From a virus (lineage: Duplodnaviria > Caudoviricetes), in the IMG/VR virus record IMGVR_UViG_2904196114_000002: a stretch of 64,000 bases of DNA; one strand, written 5' to 3'. The position numbers were made by a program, and so were the translations under genes. Below, one piece after another: positions 21,901-32,874 of the stretch. Positions within the stretch are counted from its first letter, which is position 1; each line of letters begins with the position of its first letter. The notes beneath the pieces are model-generated. The model ran no database searches and was not told the DNA's origin. It saw nothing but the letters and a program-made list of their open reading frames with translations.

Positions 21901-24329
21901 GCCGCTTTAGTTATACCATTTAAAATTCCTGTAATACCAGATAATCCATCTAAACTAGTCTTAAACATATCTGTAGATATAGTATCTGTAACTAATTGTT
22001 TAAGACTTTCTTTTAATTTTATAATCTTACCTTCTGCTGAATTTATGAATCTCTCATTCTCTTTACTGGCACTACCTAGCACTTCTCCACCCAGCCATGC
22101 ACTTTGGAATTTTTTTACCTGGTTCCAATTATCCATGACAGCCATGAAAGTATTTATGTGGTTTTTACCTGAACAAAATCTTCAATTAAGTTCGCTATAC
22201 TTAACTCGTTCTCTTATGAACTGCTATATGTTTCCATATAGATGAGACTATATCTTCATCCTATAAGGATGCTCCCCATTTCCACTATCAATAGCTTATA
22301 GTGTACGGTTTATAACCTAGTCGTTGAACCTTACTCTCATTGAGTTTTGGCTGCTGATTGTCCCTATCTTTTAGTTTTTCACACTTTGGTACTAAAAGCC
22401 TAACGGGAGTTTCCAGCAATTAAAGGAGTTTATCATTATATATTACTATATAAGGCGACTAAAATTAATCGCTTCGGCAATACCACTTTTTTGATTTTTA
22501 GTTAAGGCATCTTCGCCAACACTATGCCACTTTTCTGCCAACTCATCTAAAATTGACATCATATCTCTTACTTGGCCAGTTTGCTTATCTAACACATTTA
22601 TTTTTGCTGTTTCTTGTAAAGTTTTTGCTGTTTTATTGAGGCTGATTTTTCCTGAATCTGCTGAAGCTTTGATACCACTCATGTTTATACCAATTGTTTT
22701 GAGTGCTGTACCTACTTTTTCAGCATTTTGTACAGATTCATTTCCTCCAACTATCAAAGCAACAGAGTCTTCCATTGAAACGCCTGCTGATGATAACATA
22801 CTTGCACTTCTTTGTAATGCAGCTCCTACATCGCCAGTTGTTATTGCAAAATTATTACCTGCATAGTTCGATAAATCAAGAAATTTTGTAAGATTATCAT
22901 AATCTTTACTCATTCCTTTGATTTGAACTCTAGTATCTTTAATTGGTTTTAATGCTTTTGTCATTCCACCATAAGCGGACATAACACTAGTTAAGTACTT
23001 ATCAGCAGTTTCTTGGTCTAAATCACCAACATTTGCAAAAACTGCTGATTGTTTAGCTATCTTCAAACTGTCTGATACCGATTTTACACCAGTTTGTAGA
23101 GCTTTAGATGCCCCCTGAATTATATCCTCTGATGCTCTAGCTGTATCTTTCCCTATTGATATTGCTTCATTTTTTACATTCTTTAATTGCTCACTTGTAC
23201 CTTCAAAATTATCAGGTGCTACTTTCATCATATCTCTTAAAGCACTATCTAATTCAACGATAGTTGTTTTAATATTTCTTACACCATTTGTAATAGACAT
23301 ACCTATCATATTACCTAAAGTATAAGTTCTCATCGAATTATATAGGTCACTAAAAAATCCATTTGTTGCTTTTACACTAGTTCCTAATCCTGTGAAATTA
23401 GATTTCATATTGCTTAATCTGCTTTTTATTGAATCTAATTCCTTTACTTTTTGACCTAGAGGCATACCATTTAATTGCATTAATTCTTTTTCTAGTTTAT
23501 CAATTCCAGCAGTTGATTGACCCAATTCTAAACATTTTTGTCTAAGCCTATTTAAATCTGAAATTACTTTGGAAAGATTCATATTGAACTTAGCATCTAA
23601 TTTAGTATTTTTAGTAGCATTTTCTACTTCTTTAACTTTATTTTTTAATTGTTCTAGTTTTTGTATTTCTGATTGTATTTGATTAGAAGTTAGATTTTTA
23701 AGATTCAAATTTTGAATTGACTTTAATGAATTTGATAAAGCTTGTAGTTTAGATGTATCTGCATATCCAGACTTACCCAATGTTTCTATTTTATTAGCTA
23801 ATTTTCCAGCTTCATTTTGAAGAGTTTTAAATTGAGAAGCCATTTTTGTATTCATATCTGGTATTTTCATATTAGCCAACTTAGACTGAACATTTGATAA
23901 ATCTGATAGAGCCTTTGAATTTAGACCACCTAATTTAATATTAGATAATCTTTTCAATTCTCCTGATAATTTGTTAATTTCTCCTATTTGCTTATTGTCT
24001 AAAATATTTGTCTGAGTAAATTTCTTTAATTGTCTTTGAGTAGACTCTATTTTTTTCCTAAAGTTATCGTATTGAGAAGTTAATTTATTTATATTCCCAT
24101 TTGAATTACCTTTTCCACCAAATAATCCATTTTGGGTTTCTCTACTAAGTTTATTAATTTGTTTTAATGTGTTCTCTAATTGCTTTAAATTATTTAATGA
24201 GGATGCATTCATCTCCACATTTAACTTTATATTATTTTCTTTTGCAGATGTCTTCAGTGATGCTAATTGTTTCCTAGCTTTTTTATCATCAAGCTCTATA
24301 CTGGTCTTAATCTTAAATTCTTCTGCCAT
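15933..24329 (-). CDS. Tail tape measure protein, spliced: join(22468..24329, 15933..22173), ~2700 aa
   Basis: TP901-type TMP core (ELDSALRDMMKV...GNNFAITTGDVGAAL...GNESVQNAEKVGTALKTI) in exon 1; both ORF-track pieces are in the same frame; removing the intron gives ...GIAEAI-SGKNHINTFMAVMDNW. Confidence 0.88.
22174..22467 (-). ncRNA. Group I intron (IA-like, ORF-less, 294 nt)
   Basis: P AAUUGCUGGAAAC, Q AAUCAGCAGCC, R GUUCAACGACUA and S GAAGAUAUAGUCU appear in order; P1 pairs exon GCGAU with IGS GUCGC, giving a U-G wobble at the 5' splice site; terminal G at 22174. Confidence 0.92.
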
Positions 24330-24387
24330 TTAACCAACTCCTTTTTAAAGCATAAAAAAAGACAGTTAATATACTGTCTTAATATTT

Positions 24388-25098
24388 TTATTTAATTTTC
24401 TCTAATAATACTTTTTTCTTTTCATTAAATTCTTCTTCTGTTAATATCTCTTGGTCTTTCAAACTCTGTAATTCTTTTAATGAATTTGAAATTTTTGATA
24501 TATCATCATCATCTTTTTTTATATCATTATTGCTTTCTATTTTAGCATTTTTAAATTTGGCTGCTTCATTCTCTACAACTAATTTAAATCTTTCCATTTC
24601 TTTTATTTTTTCTTGAATATCTGCATTATTTATATTTTTATATTGTGGAATATAAAATACTTCATAAGTATTAAGTTCAAATATCAAAGTTAAATATATT
24701 TTTTCTACAAAAGTATATTTATCATATGTAGGAACTATAGATATTATCCTCATCTGATTTTTTTCACTAACTTGCATGCTAAACTTAATGCTTACTAAAT
24801 CTTCTATATTTTTTTTAACTGCTGTCTTAAATCCAGCATGAATGATAGATATTTTACCATTATTGCTTAATATCACACTGTCACTGTTTGAATTACCAAA
24901 AGCTTGACATTTAGCCATTGAAATATTTTTTTGTATAGCCTTTTCCACCTTTGTTTTTTCTCTATTTCTTTCTGCTATTCTTTCTAATCTAGCTTCTTTT
25001 TCTTTAGCATTATCCATTACGTTTCTTATAAAGCAATAAACAATAATATATCCTACACCTAGCCCTATTAAAATAAAATGACCTAAATATTCTTCCAT
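24388..25098 (-). CDS. Membrane-anchored SHOCT-domain protein (possible superinfection-exclusion moron)
   Basis: N-terminal TM helix; C-terminal LKELQSLKDQEILTEEEFNEKKKVLL SHOCT motif. Confidence 0.75.
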   Translation of the reverse strand: MEEYLGHFILIGLGVGYIIVYCFIRNVMDNAKEKEARLERIAERNREKTKVEKAIQKNISMAKCQAFGNSNSDSVILSNNGKISIIHAGFKTAVKKNIEDLVSIKFSMQVSEKNQMRIISIVPTYDKYTFVEKIYLTLIFELNTYEVFYIPQYKNINNADIQEKIKEMERFKLVVENEAAKFKNAKIESNNDIKKDDDDISKISNSLKELQSLKDQEILTEEEFNEKKKVLLEKIK

Positions 25099-25157
25099 AA
25101 CATCTCCCCCTATCCTGATACTTCAATTATATCAAGAATATACTATTAGGAAAATTA

Positions 25158-26318
25158 TTACAATTCGACATTATTTTCTTTTAATTTTTTCTTTAATACT
25201 ATAGTAGTTATTGGTTCATCATAATTCCAATAAATTAATTTAACATTATTTTCATCACATAGCCTTTTCTTTTTTTTATCTCTTAATTTATTTTTTTCAA
25301 GAGTTTCTTCCCCTCCAAAAAAATCTACACTCTTAAAATGTTGTTGTCCTTGATACTCAAAAGCCAAATTAATAGAGGGAACAAATACATCTAAAGTTTG
25401 ACCATTTAACCACTCAGGTCTATATTGATGTGTTGCATCTTTAAACTTTTTACAAATTACTTTAAACATATTAATCTCACTTTTCCATTTATAAGCCATT
25501 TCATCATTTAAAATCATTTTTTTCTGGATAAGCGCTTTTTCTTCTAAATAATTTATTTTTTCTAATGATGATGTATCAATTTTCTCATACTTATTTTGCA
25601 TTGGAGTCATTATTTTCCCTCTTAAAAAATACACTAGTTCAAATTCATTATCAAAATACCCTTTTTCCATTATTTTGTTTATTACATTTCTAGCATGAAG
25701 TATTTCTATTGGGTCATTATCAGACCTAGAAATATCTCCTAAAAAATGTGTTAAATTATTTGGTTTTGGATAACAAACCTTTTTACCCTCAAACAAACAT
25801 AGATTTTCTATAAATTTTATATCTGTATCATAAATTTTATAACCTGAAAACCCATGTTGCATATAGCTAGAAATAAGTTTCAACATTAATGCTATTTCTT
25901 TTTTTTGTTCTTTTTTAAACACAACTTTGTGATTTACACTTTTGTCATCTTCAAATATATTAGGAAGTATTATATGTTTATAAGCACTATTGGCTAACTC
26001 ACAAGCTATATAATATTTTTCTTTAGAGCAACTGCTAAAAAACATTGTATATGTATCTTTTTCTTTATATTCATCTCTTATTTCTTCTGATATGCTATCA
26101 AATAAATTGTTTATTTCCTTAAATCCATCCCTATATTTTAACTTATCCAAATCTCTTCCAGTTTTCATCATACATGAGATTTCTTCGTCCCAAGTTGTTA
26201 ACAACAAATATTCTAAATCTCTATTAATAAATTCTTGTTTTATTTCTTCAAGCTTTTTGAAATATAATTTACTTTTTTTCCCACATCTATTATCTTTAAT
26301 ATATTCACTTATTAACAT
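25158..26318 (-). CDS. Protein with C-terminal Vsr/DUF559-like PD-(D/E)XK endonuclease domain (start revised from 26414)
   Basis: QTLDVFVPSINLAFEYQGQQHF...RDKKKKRLC...KLIYW motif; RBS AAGGAG before ATG at 26318. Confidence 0.65.
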   Translation of the reverse strand: MLISEYIKDNRCGKKSKLYFKKLEEIKQEFINRDLEYLLLTTWDEEISCMMKTGRDLDKLKYRDGFKEINNLFDSISEEIRDEYKEKDTYTMFFSSCSKEKYYIACELANSAYKHIILPNIFEDDKSVNHKVVFKKEQKKEIALMLKLISSYMQHGFSGYKIYDTDIKFIENLCLFEGKKVCYPKPNNLTHFLGDISRSDNDPIEILHARNVINKIMEKGYFDNEFELVYFLRGKIMTPMQNKYEKIDTSSLEKINYLEEKALIQKKMILNDEMAYKWKSEINMFKVICKKFKDATHQYRPEWLNGQTLDVFVPSINLAFEYQGQQHFKSVDFFGGEETLEKNKLRDKKKKRLCDENNVKLIYWNYDEPITTIVLKKKLKENNVEL

Positions 26319-26418
26319 AACATTATCTCCTTTATTCTGATACATTAATTGTATCAATTCTAAAGGAAAATTTATACTACAAAAGGAAATAGAAGCCAAA
26401 ACTCCTATTTCCACAAAA

Positions 26419-27462
26419 TCATTTACTCAAATATTTATTAATATCTTCTTTACTAGCTTCTTCTATGTAATCTATCATACAGATTGGAATATCCCTACTG
26501 CTAGAAACATCTCCTATTTTTTCTACTCTTATTTTCTCATTTCTTACACTCTTTAATATACCAATAAATCCATAGTACTCATGGTCATATATAGCATATG
26601 TTTTACCTATCTCAACCATAACTCCTCTTATGTAATCATTATTTATCATGAATCTCTTAAGTACTTTGTTATTCTCTTTCAATATCTTATTTACAAAATA
26701 TATTTGTCCTTTTCCAGTTACAACAGGAGTTTGTCTTATTACAGTATTTCCATCTTTATCTATCCCAGTACTCTCAGAAACCTCTAATACTTTCAAATCC
26801 ATTGACTTTTGAGTTGGAGTATTATGGTCAGCTCTTTTCTTCCTAATTAGATATTCATTATTTCTCATCCACTCAAACAATCTATTCTGCCCTATATCTA
26901 CTCCATTCTGATTTAATATCTTAGATAGTTGAGCAATTAGTATTGAGCTTGATGAACTTTCTATAGCATTAGCTAGTTCAAGTTTAGGTTTATTTTTCTC
27001 TTGCTCTACTTTTAACTTTTCTTTAGTAGCTCTCTCTTTCTTTAGTTCTGTAAGTAATTTTATAGTCCAATCTGGGTCATTGATTGCCTTCTCTAATGCT
27101 TCATTAGTCATATAAGCTCCATGTTCTCTTATTGATGGAAGAACTTCATCAAATACCCAACGCTCAAATTTTTCAGCACTTGGTAATTCGCTATTTATAA
27201 TTAATCTATACATATCACCTTCTGGTATTATATTCACTTCCAAAGTTTTAGTTTTACTTTGTGGGTGAGGTATGTGGTGTTTCACCACCCACCTACAATG
27301 TTGTTTAATTGCATTTGTTGTGTCCTTATACCCAAGAGCTTTTGCAATATCTGTTGCGACAAAATAGGGTTCATTTTCAATTCTAATTGTTCTTATTTCT
27401 CCAAATAATTCATTGTTAAAGCTTATTATTCTTTTTTCATTTTCTCTATTAATTATCTCCAT
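26419..27462 (-). CDS. Antirepressor, BRO-N + ANT/KilAC domains
   Basis: FGEIRTI...PYFVATDIAKALGY...FERWVFDEVLPSIR; IGQNRLFEWMR...TPVVTGKGQIYF. Confidence 0.9.
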   Translation of the reverse strand: MEIINRENEKRIISFNNELFGEIRTIRIENEPYFVATDIAKALGYKDTTNAIKQHCRWVVKHHIPHPQSKTKTLEVNIIPEGDMYRLIINSELPSAEKFERWVFDEVLPSIREHGAYMTNEALEKAINDPDWTIKLLTELKKERATKEKLKVEQEKNKPKLELANAIESSSSSILIAQLSKILNQNGVDIGQNRLFEWMRNNEYLIRKKRADHNTPTQKSMDLKVLEVSESTGIDKDGNTVIRQTPVVTGKGQIYFVNKILKENNKVLKRFMINNDYIRGVMVEIGKTYAIYDHEYYGFIGILKSVRNEKIRVEKIGDVSSSRDIPICMIDYIEEASKEDINKYLSK

Positions 27463-27482
27463 AATTAATCCCTCCTTATAAG

Positions 27483-27590
27483 TTGTATTTTTTATAAGAA
27501 GCTGATATAATCATTCTATTCAAGTTGATAATTATATCAGCTATTTAAGAAGTCTTACTCGCCGTCCAAAGTTTGTAAGGCTTCTTTTTA
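27483..27590 (+). ncRNA. Putative antisense sRNA in the leader of the antirepressor gene (promoter included)
   Basis: TTGTAT-N17-TATAAT with TG extension; ends in AGAAGTCTTAC...GTAAGGCTTCT hairpin plus T run. Confidence 0.5.
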
Positions 27591-27689
27591 ATTACTAAAA
27601 GTAATTTTATCACTTAAAGTAATTTATATTTTTATAATATACTCCACATAATGTAATGTCAAGTATAATATTTTATTACTTTATGTGGT
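27591..27689. promoter_or_regulatory. Four 15-bp pseudo-palindromic operators between divergent antirepressor and repressor genes
   Basis: ATTACTAAAAGTAAT (27591), ATCACTTAAAGTAAT (27609), TCCACATAATGTAAT (27643), ATTACTTTATGTGGT (27675). Confidence 0.6.
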
Positions 27690-27722
27690 ATAATAATTAT
27701 AAAGATATCTTGGAGGTGAAAA

Positions 27723-28172
27723 ATGTTTGGAGAAAGATTAAAAAAACTTAGAATTAAGTTTGGATTAAAGCAACATGAATTAGCTGAAATATTAAATGTA
27801 TCACAAAGCACTATAGGTATGTATGAAAACGACCAAAGAACTCCACCAGCAGAGTCTATAGTTAAACTAGCTGAATACTTTAATGTCACTACAGATTATC
27901 TTTTAGGTCATACAAAAACCAACTATTCAGTCAGTGCAAATATACCTGGTATGCCATCAATCGTATGTGAAGATAATTCCATCTATGATATACTTGATGG
28001 GAAAAAAGACATTAAATCTTTAGAAGATATGAATAAATTCTTAGAAAATACTGATTACAATAATGAAGTCAAAGAAGTTCTTAAAAAATATATGCAACTA
28101 GATGAAATGGATAGAAAAGCTATAGAGAGAATGATAGATAATGCATATGAACGACTAAAAGAGGATAATTAA
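27723..28172 (+). CDS. XRE-family HTH repressor
   Basis: LKQHELAEILNVSQSTIGMYENDQRTP...FNVTTDYLLG; RBS GGAGGTG. Confidence 0.9.
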   Translation: MFGERLKKLRIKFGLKQHELAEILNVSQSTIGMYENDQRTPPAESIVKLAEYFNVTTDYLLGHTKTNYSVSANIPGMPSIVCEDNSIYDILDGKKDIKSLEDMNKFLENTDYNNEVKEVLKKYMQLDEMDRKAIERMIDNAYERLKEDN

Positions 28173-28196
28173 TATACACCTCTTTTTTAAATTATA

Positions 28197-28220
28197 CTTG
28201 TCATACCTCTGTCATCATTG
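28197..28220. repeat. 24-bp direct repeat, copy 1
   Basis: CTTGTCATACCTCTGTCATCATTG, identical to 34346-34369. Confidence 0.85.
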
Positions 28221-28267
28221 AATTATAACAAAAAAAGCCTACTTTAAGTAGACCTTCTAATTGTTCA

Positions 28268-31200
28268 TTAATAAGCTAAACTTGTAACCACAGTGTCTTT
28301 TGTTGTCTTACATATATCTTCTATAGATTTACTTTCTAGCTCAATTATACCATACAAATCATATACAAAAGTATTGATTGTATTTTCGCATACATTTATA
28401 TCGTATATGATTCTATTAATAGCATCTTTGTACTTATTAAAATATTCCTCTAACTCATCAATATTCTTAAAATAAAGCTTCTTTTTTTTGCTAAGTTCAT
28501 TGTAAAATTCATCAAAATCTAATAAATAAAAATTATATAATTTATTAGATGGATTATTATCTATGCTCAATATCTTAAATACATTTTTCAAAAATTTATT
28601 AGTGTATAAGTATAATTTACCATATTTATTTATTAGTATTTTACTATTATTTATAATAATTGATTTATCAACATTTTTTAAATTTGGTATTGGTATATTT
28701 TTTACTGCATCTGCTGTCAAGTTGGTATTTGATTCTCCATAAAATTTATTATAAAAGTAATTTATTAAACTAGAATTTATAACTCCTATATAAAAATATA
28801 TATCTTCCAAATTATCTTCTTTAATTAAATTTATGATATTTCCACTAGGGAATATTATAGTACCTTCAATATCTACTGTTGCAATTATCTTATTTTGATT
28901 TTGACCAACTATTCTTTGTGTTATTATCTTAGGTGATTTGTGCCACCTCATAGTTTTGTCATCCATGTTTTCAATATTTACAAATTTATCTACTTTATCA
29001 ATATAGTATCTATGTATATCCTTACCTTCCAAACATTTATTTAAAATTCCATTTAATTGGTTATTATCTTTTATATCATTACTACTTAATATTTTCTTAT
29101 CATATATAATTCCATCACAAATTGTTTTATTAGGGACACTCATCCAACCTTTATGTAAATTTAAATAATCCCCTAATTTATGCTTACATTTGAGCATTTT
29201 TAATATTATTGGGTTGCTTTGTATAACAATTTTATTATCCAAATCATTTATAATACTTTTTATAGTAATTTTATTTTCAGAGTTGTATGTATTACTATTG
29301 AAAATCTTAATCTTTTTCATATTTTCTTTATTTATACTTATAAGATTTATATTATTTTTAATATTCGGCAATTTTTTATTAATTATAATTATAGCGGTTT
29401 CCTTGTTTACATCCTCAAAAGGAAAAAATCTATATGGAAAGTCTAAAATAGTATCAACACATACATTTTTAAGTAAATATTTTCTTAAATTTTCAAAGCT
29501 TTTATTTGTGAAATACGTATTAGGTGTTATAAATCCCAAAAATCCATCTTGCTTTAATTTATTTTCGCAAAACTCATATAAAAATAATTCATATAAATCC
29601 ATTTCACTAATTAGTAAATCTTTATATTTTTTCCAATAATATTCTCTGTGCTTTTCTGGAATCATTTTAGTTGAAACATATGGAGGATTTCCAATAATAA
29701 TATCAAACCCTCCTGACATCATTACATCTTCAAATTCAACATTCCAATCAAAAGCTTTAGCACAATCAACCTCTTTGTTATCAATAATAGAATTTCCACA
29801 TTTTATATTATTATCTAAGCTAGTTAATAAACTATACTTGTTAGCTGTTTTAAGCCATAAAGACAATTTAGTTATTTCCACAGATTCTTCATTCAAATCA
29901 ACTCCATATAAATTATTTTTTAATATATTAGCATCTAAGTCAAAAAATGATATCTCACCATCGGTTAAATCACGAAGTATTTCGTTTACTGATTCAGCTT
30001 CTTTTTTTAACATAGAAAAAGCCTCATTCAAAAAAGCTCCACTTCCACAAGCTGGGTCTAAAATTTTTATATTTTTTACAACGTCTCTATAATTTTTCCA
30101 AAAGTTTATATATTTTTGAATTTTATCAGTTTTATATTCTACAACTTGTACACGCTTATGCTGTATATTCCTACCAACCACAACTGTTTCATAATCTTCT
30201 TCTTTTAGTTCTGGAAGTTTATCTTCGCCTAATTCTTTTTTCTTCTCATCTAAATATCTTCTTATGGTGTTATTAACAATATGTTTCGTTATGTATTTGG
30301 GAGTATAAAATATCCCATCTTTGTTTCTCTTACTATCTTTTTTCTTAATATTAACTTGATTTATTTCTAGTTTTAGTTCTTCTAAGTCAGATATAGATTT
30401 TTCAAATATATGCCCTAATATATTTTCATTTAAATCACTGTTAAAATCATATAAAGATAACTTGTATAAATTCTCGAAACATTTATTTGGTATCTTTAGA
30501 TTATTCAAAATATAATCTTCTGCAAATAAACCTCCATTAAATTGATTTATGCCCTTTTCCTGATTACCTAAATCTATAGATTCAAACAGACCCTTTACTT
30601 GTTCCCAGACTCCAAACCTAGATACACTTTTTTTCCCTACTTGAATACATGTTTCAAAGATATTCTCTGGTATTAATCCTTTATGTTCTGCAAAACAAAC
30701 AAATATAACTCTATCTAATATTTTTTGTGTCTTTGTTAAACAAGTTTTTACATCCAAAATATCTTTATTATTTAAAAGTATATCATTAAATAAATTTAAT
30801 CTAGTATTTTTATATAGGTCATAAAAACCTTTTTCTATGGCTTCCTCTTGCTTTATATTTTCTTCCCAAAGTACTTCAACCCTAGATTTTCCATGTTTGG
30901 TCATTAAAGATTTAGATGACAAAAGATATAAAAATTTTTTAAATACATCATCTTTTTCATATATATCTTTAATAGAAAAAAATTCATACTCTGTAGCATC
31001 ATTAGCATTATACAATCTAATTTCCTTGAAGTTAGAGACAATAAGCCATGTGCAATTTCTTCCATATTTAGGCAAGTAAGAAAACCCTTGTTCTACTGGT
31101 GTATTATGATTGTTTTTTCTTAGTTGTTTTGCATCTAAATTAGTTGTTGGTTTTTTTAATTCTATTGCTACTCTATAGTCACTTTCTTCATTAGAAAAAT

Positions 31201-31495
31201 AGCCTAGTACAATATCAGCTCTTGTTCCATCAATCTTAGTTTTTTCTTCTGGTTTTATATTATAATCCATTATATTGTCCGTAAGACTTTTATACCTAAG
31301 AACTTTGTTTAAAATATCCGATACAAATATTTCCTTAAGTTGAATTTCATTTAATTTATCAATAGATTTATTATCAATTATATCTCTCCATTTTTCTAAA
31401 ATTAATCGTCTTTGTTTATAGTCATATAAGTCTAGGTCTATTTCCATATTATATTTTTCTTTTAATAGTTTTTGATTAAAAAGATACTTTTCCAT
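28268..31495 (-). CDS. Fused Type IIG (Eco57I-like) restriction-modification enzyme, N6-adenine methyltransferase
   Basis: N-terminal nuclease motif (ADIVL...AIELKK); GIFYTPKYI, ILDPACGSGAFL (motif I), FDIIIGNPPY (motif IV); C-terminal TaqI-like target recognition domain. Confidence 0.88.
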   Translation of the reverse strand: MEKYLFNQKLLKEKYNMEIDLDLYDYKQRRLILEKWRDIIDNKSIDKLNEIQLKEIFVSDILNKVLRYKSLTDNIMDYNIKPEEKTKIDGTRADIVLGYFSNEESDYRVAIELKKPTTNLDAKQLRKNNHNTPVEQGFSYLPKYGRNCTWLIVSNFKEIRLYNANDATEYEFFSIKDIYEKDDVFKKFLYLLSSKSLMTKHGKSRVEVLWEENIKQEEAIEKGFYDLYKNTRLNLFNDILLNNKDILDVKTCLTKTQKILDRVIFVCFAEHKGLIPENIFETCIQVGKKSVSRFGVWEQVKGLFESIDLGNQEKGINQFNGGLFAEDYILNNLKIPNKCFENLYKLSLYDFNSDLNENILGHIFEKSISDLEELKLEINQVNIKKKDSKRNKDGIFYTPKYITKHIVNNTIRRYLDEKKKELGEDKLPELKEEDYETVVVGRNIQHKRVQVVEYKTDKIQKYINFWKNYRDVVKNIKILDPACGSGAFLNEAFSMLKKEAESVNEILRDLTDGEISFFDLDANILKNNLYGVDLNEESVEITKLSLWLKTANKYSLLTSLDNNIKCGNSIIDNKEVDCAKAFDWNVEFEDVMMSGGFDIIIGNPPYVSTKMIPEKHREYYWKKYKDLLISEMDLYELFLYEFCENKLKQDGFLGFITPNTYFTNKSFENLRKYLLKNVCVDTILDFPYRFFPFEDVNKETAIIIINKKLPNIKNNINLISINKENMKKIKIFNSNTYNSENKITIKSIINDLDNKIVIQSNPIILKMLKCKHKLGDYLNLHKGWMSVPNKTICDGIIYDKKILSSNDIKDNNQLNGILNKCLEGKDIHRYYIDKVDKFVNIENMDDKTMRWHKSPKIITQRIVGQNQNKIIATVDIEGTIIFPSGNIINLIKEDNLEDIYFYIGVINSSLINYFYNKFYGESNTNLTADAVKNIPIPNLKNVDKSIIINNSKILINKYGKLYLYTNKFLKNVFKILSIDNNPSNKLYNFYLLDFDEFYNELSKKKKLYFKNIDELEEYFNKYKDAINRIIYDINVCENTINTFVYDLYGIIELESKSIEDICKTTKDTVVTSLAY

Positions 31496-31752
31496 ACAAT
31501 TCCCCTAATTCTATTTAAATAGTTTATATTTTTTATTATATCAAGTGTAAATGGTAAAATATACCAATTTACACTAAAATATAAAATCATTCATTAGATA
31601 AAAATATATATTATTTGTAATAAATATTAGATAAAAGGAATTTATTCTTGGTAACACACTAATAAAATAATAACTATCTGTTATAATAAACTTTTTTATT
31701 CTATACAAAAAAGACAGCTATATAAGCTGCCTTAATATTTTTAACTTATCCA

Positions 31753-32091
31753 TCAATATGTTTGTCTGACCAAATAATCTACAGTCCTTCTAAATCCATT
31801 CTCTCCCTTTAATATATAAGCTTCTTCAAATATACATTCTATATTTTCATACTTATTCAATGTATCCATATATCTACATATCATATCGACAGAAATCCTT
31901 TCAAAGAATAGCTCGTTTTCTATTATGTATCTCACATTCTTAAAATTATAATCTTTTACATTATCTAAAAATCTTTTAATTATAATCGTCAAATTACTAC
32001 TACCTTTTATATCCCTTATCATCTGAACTCTTTTAGCATTTCTTTGCAATATATCCCCATCAAATTTGTAAACTGTTTTAATTATACACAT
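31753..32091 (-). CDS. Hypothetical protein, paralog of 34449-34817
   Basis: Shared YIIENELFxERxS...NGFRRTxDYLVR. Confidence 0.65.
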   Translation of the reverse strand: MCIIKTVYKFDGDILQRNAKRVQMIRDIKGSSNLTIIIKRFLDNVKDYNFKNVRYIIENELFFERISVDMICRYMDTLNKYENIECIFEEAYILKGENGFRRTVDYLVRQTY

Positions 32092-32105
32092 AAACAGTCA
32101 CCATC

Positions 32106-32852
32106 CTAATGATTCCAAGTATATACATCATCCATACTCTCTATTCCATCTATCATGGCATGAACCTCATTGAATTTAGTAACTGGTATATCTTCCCACT
32201 TAGTTACATTATATATTGAAAATAATCTTGTCACTACAGTTCTATAATCATAGTTATAAGCATTTACATTATATCCTTTTATTTCCGATAGCTTTATCTT
32301 TAGCAATTTTGACAACATTCGTGTGTTCTTAGCTTTGAATCCTATCATATTTTTCATTTCTTGAAATTGCTTATCTTGTTTCTTATATTTCTTATCTAAT
32401 TTATCTTCTATTTGATTAAATCTAGTATCTATTTTCTTATCGTTTTCTATTGCAACTTGTTTAATCCCAGCAAGTATACCATTAAATATCATTGGAGCTA
32501 CTCTTTCTTCTAAATTATTTATATCATATGAACCAGTTTTTCTTATACTTGGTAAGACTTCTTTAGTAACCCAATTTTTAAATTTTTTAGCAGTTGGTAA
32601 TTTACTACCAAATATCAAAGAATACAATCCACTTTCATTTGTTATTTTCATGTTTCTATTTTGGCTGCCGTCGTGAATTACGACATCAGCTATATCTTCA
32701 CTATCAATATGAGTCTTCAACGCTTCTCTTGTATTAGCATAACCTAATGCTATAGCTACGTCTTTGCCTACAAACCAAACCTCATTATCTATCTCTATTG
32801 TTCTTATTTCTCCAAAATCATTATTTTTAAATATTTGTAAATTATTCATCAT
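32106..32852 (-). CDS. Antirepressor, BRO-N + ORF6C-like C-terminus (start revised from 32909)
   Basis: FKNNDFGEIRTI...WFVGKDVAIALGY...NESGLYSLIFGSKLP; RBS GGGGAGG. Confidence 0.88.
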   Translation of the reverse strand: MMNNLQIFKNNDFGEIRTIEIDNEVWFVGKDVAIALGYANTREALKTHIDSEDIADVVIHDGSQNRNMKITNESGLYSLIFGSKLPTAKKFKNWVTKEVLPSIRKTGSYDINNLEERVAPMIFNGILAGIKQVAIENDKKIDTRFNQIEDKLDKKYKKQDKQFQEMKNMIGFKAKNTRMLSKLLKIKLSEIKGYNVNAYNYDYRTVVTRLFSIYNVTKWEDIPVTKFNEVHAMIDGIESMDDVYTWNH

Positions 32853-32874
32853 ACAAAATCCTCCCCAAATTGAT

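Noticed and set aside
22146-22467. TMP as a pseudogene or programmed frameshift
   Set aside because: Both parts are in the same frame and the gap has full group I intron hallmarks.
27659-27889. Minus-strand ORF opposite the XRE repressor (likewise 34082-34279 and 62490-62675)
   Set aside because: Shadow ORFs of well-supported plus-strand genes.
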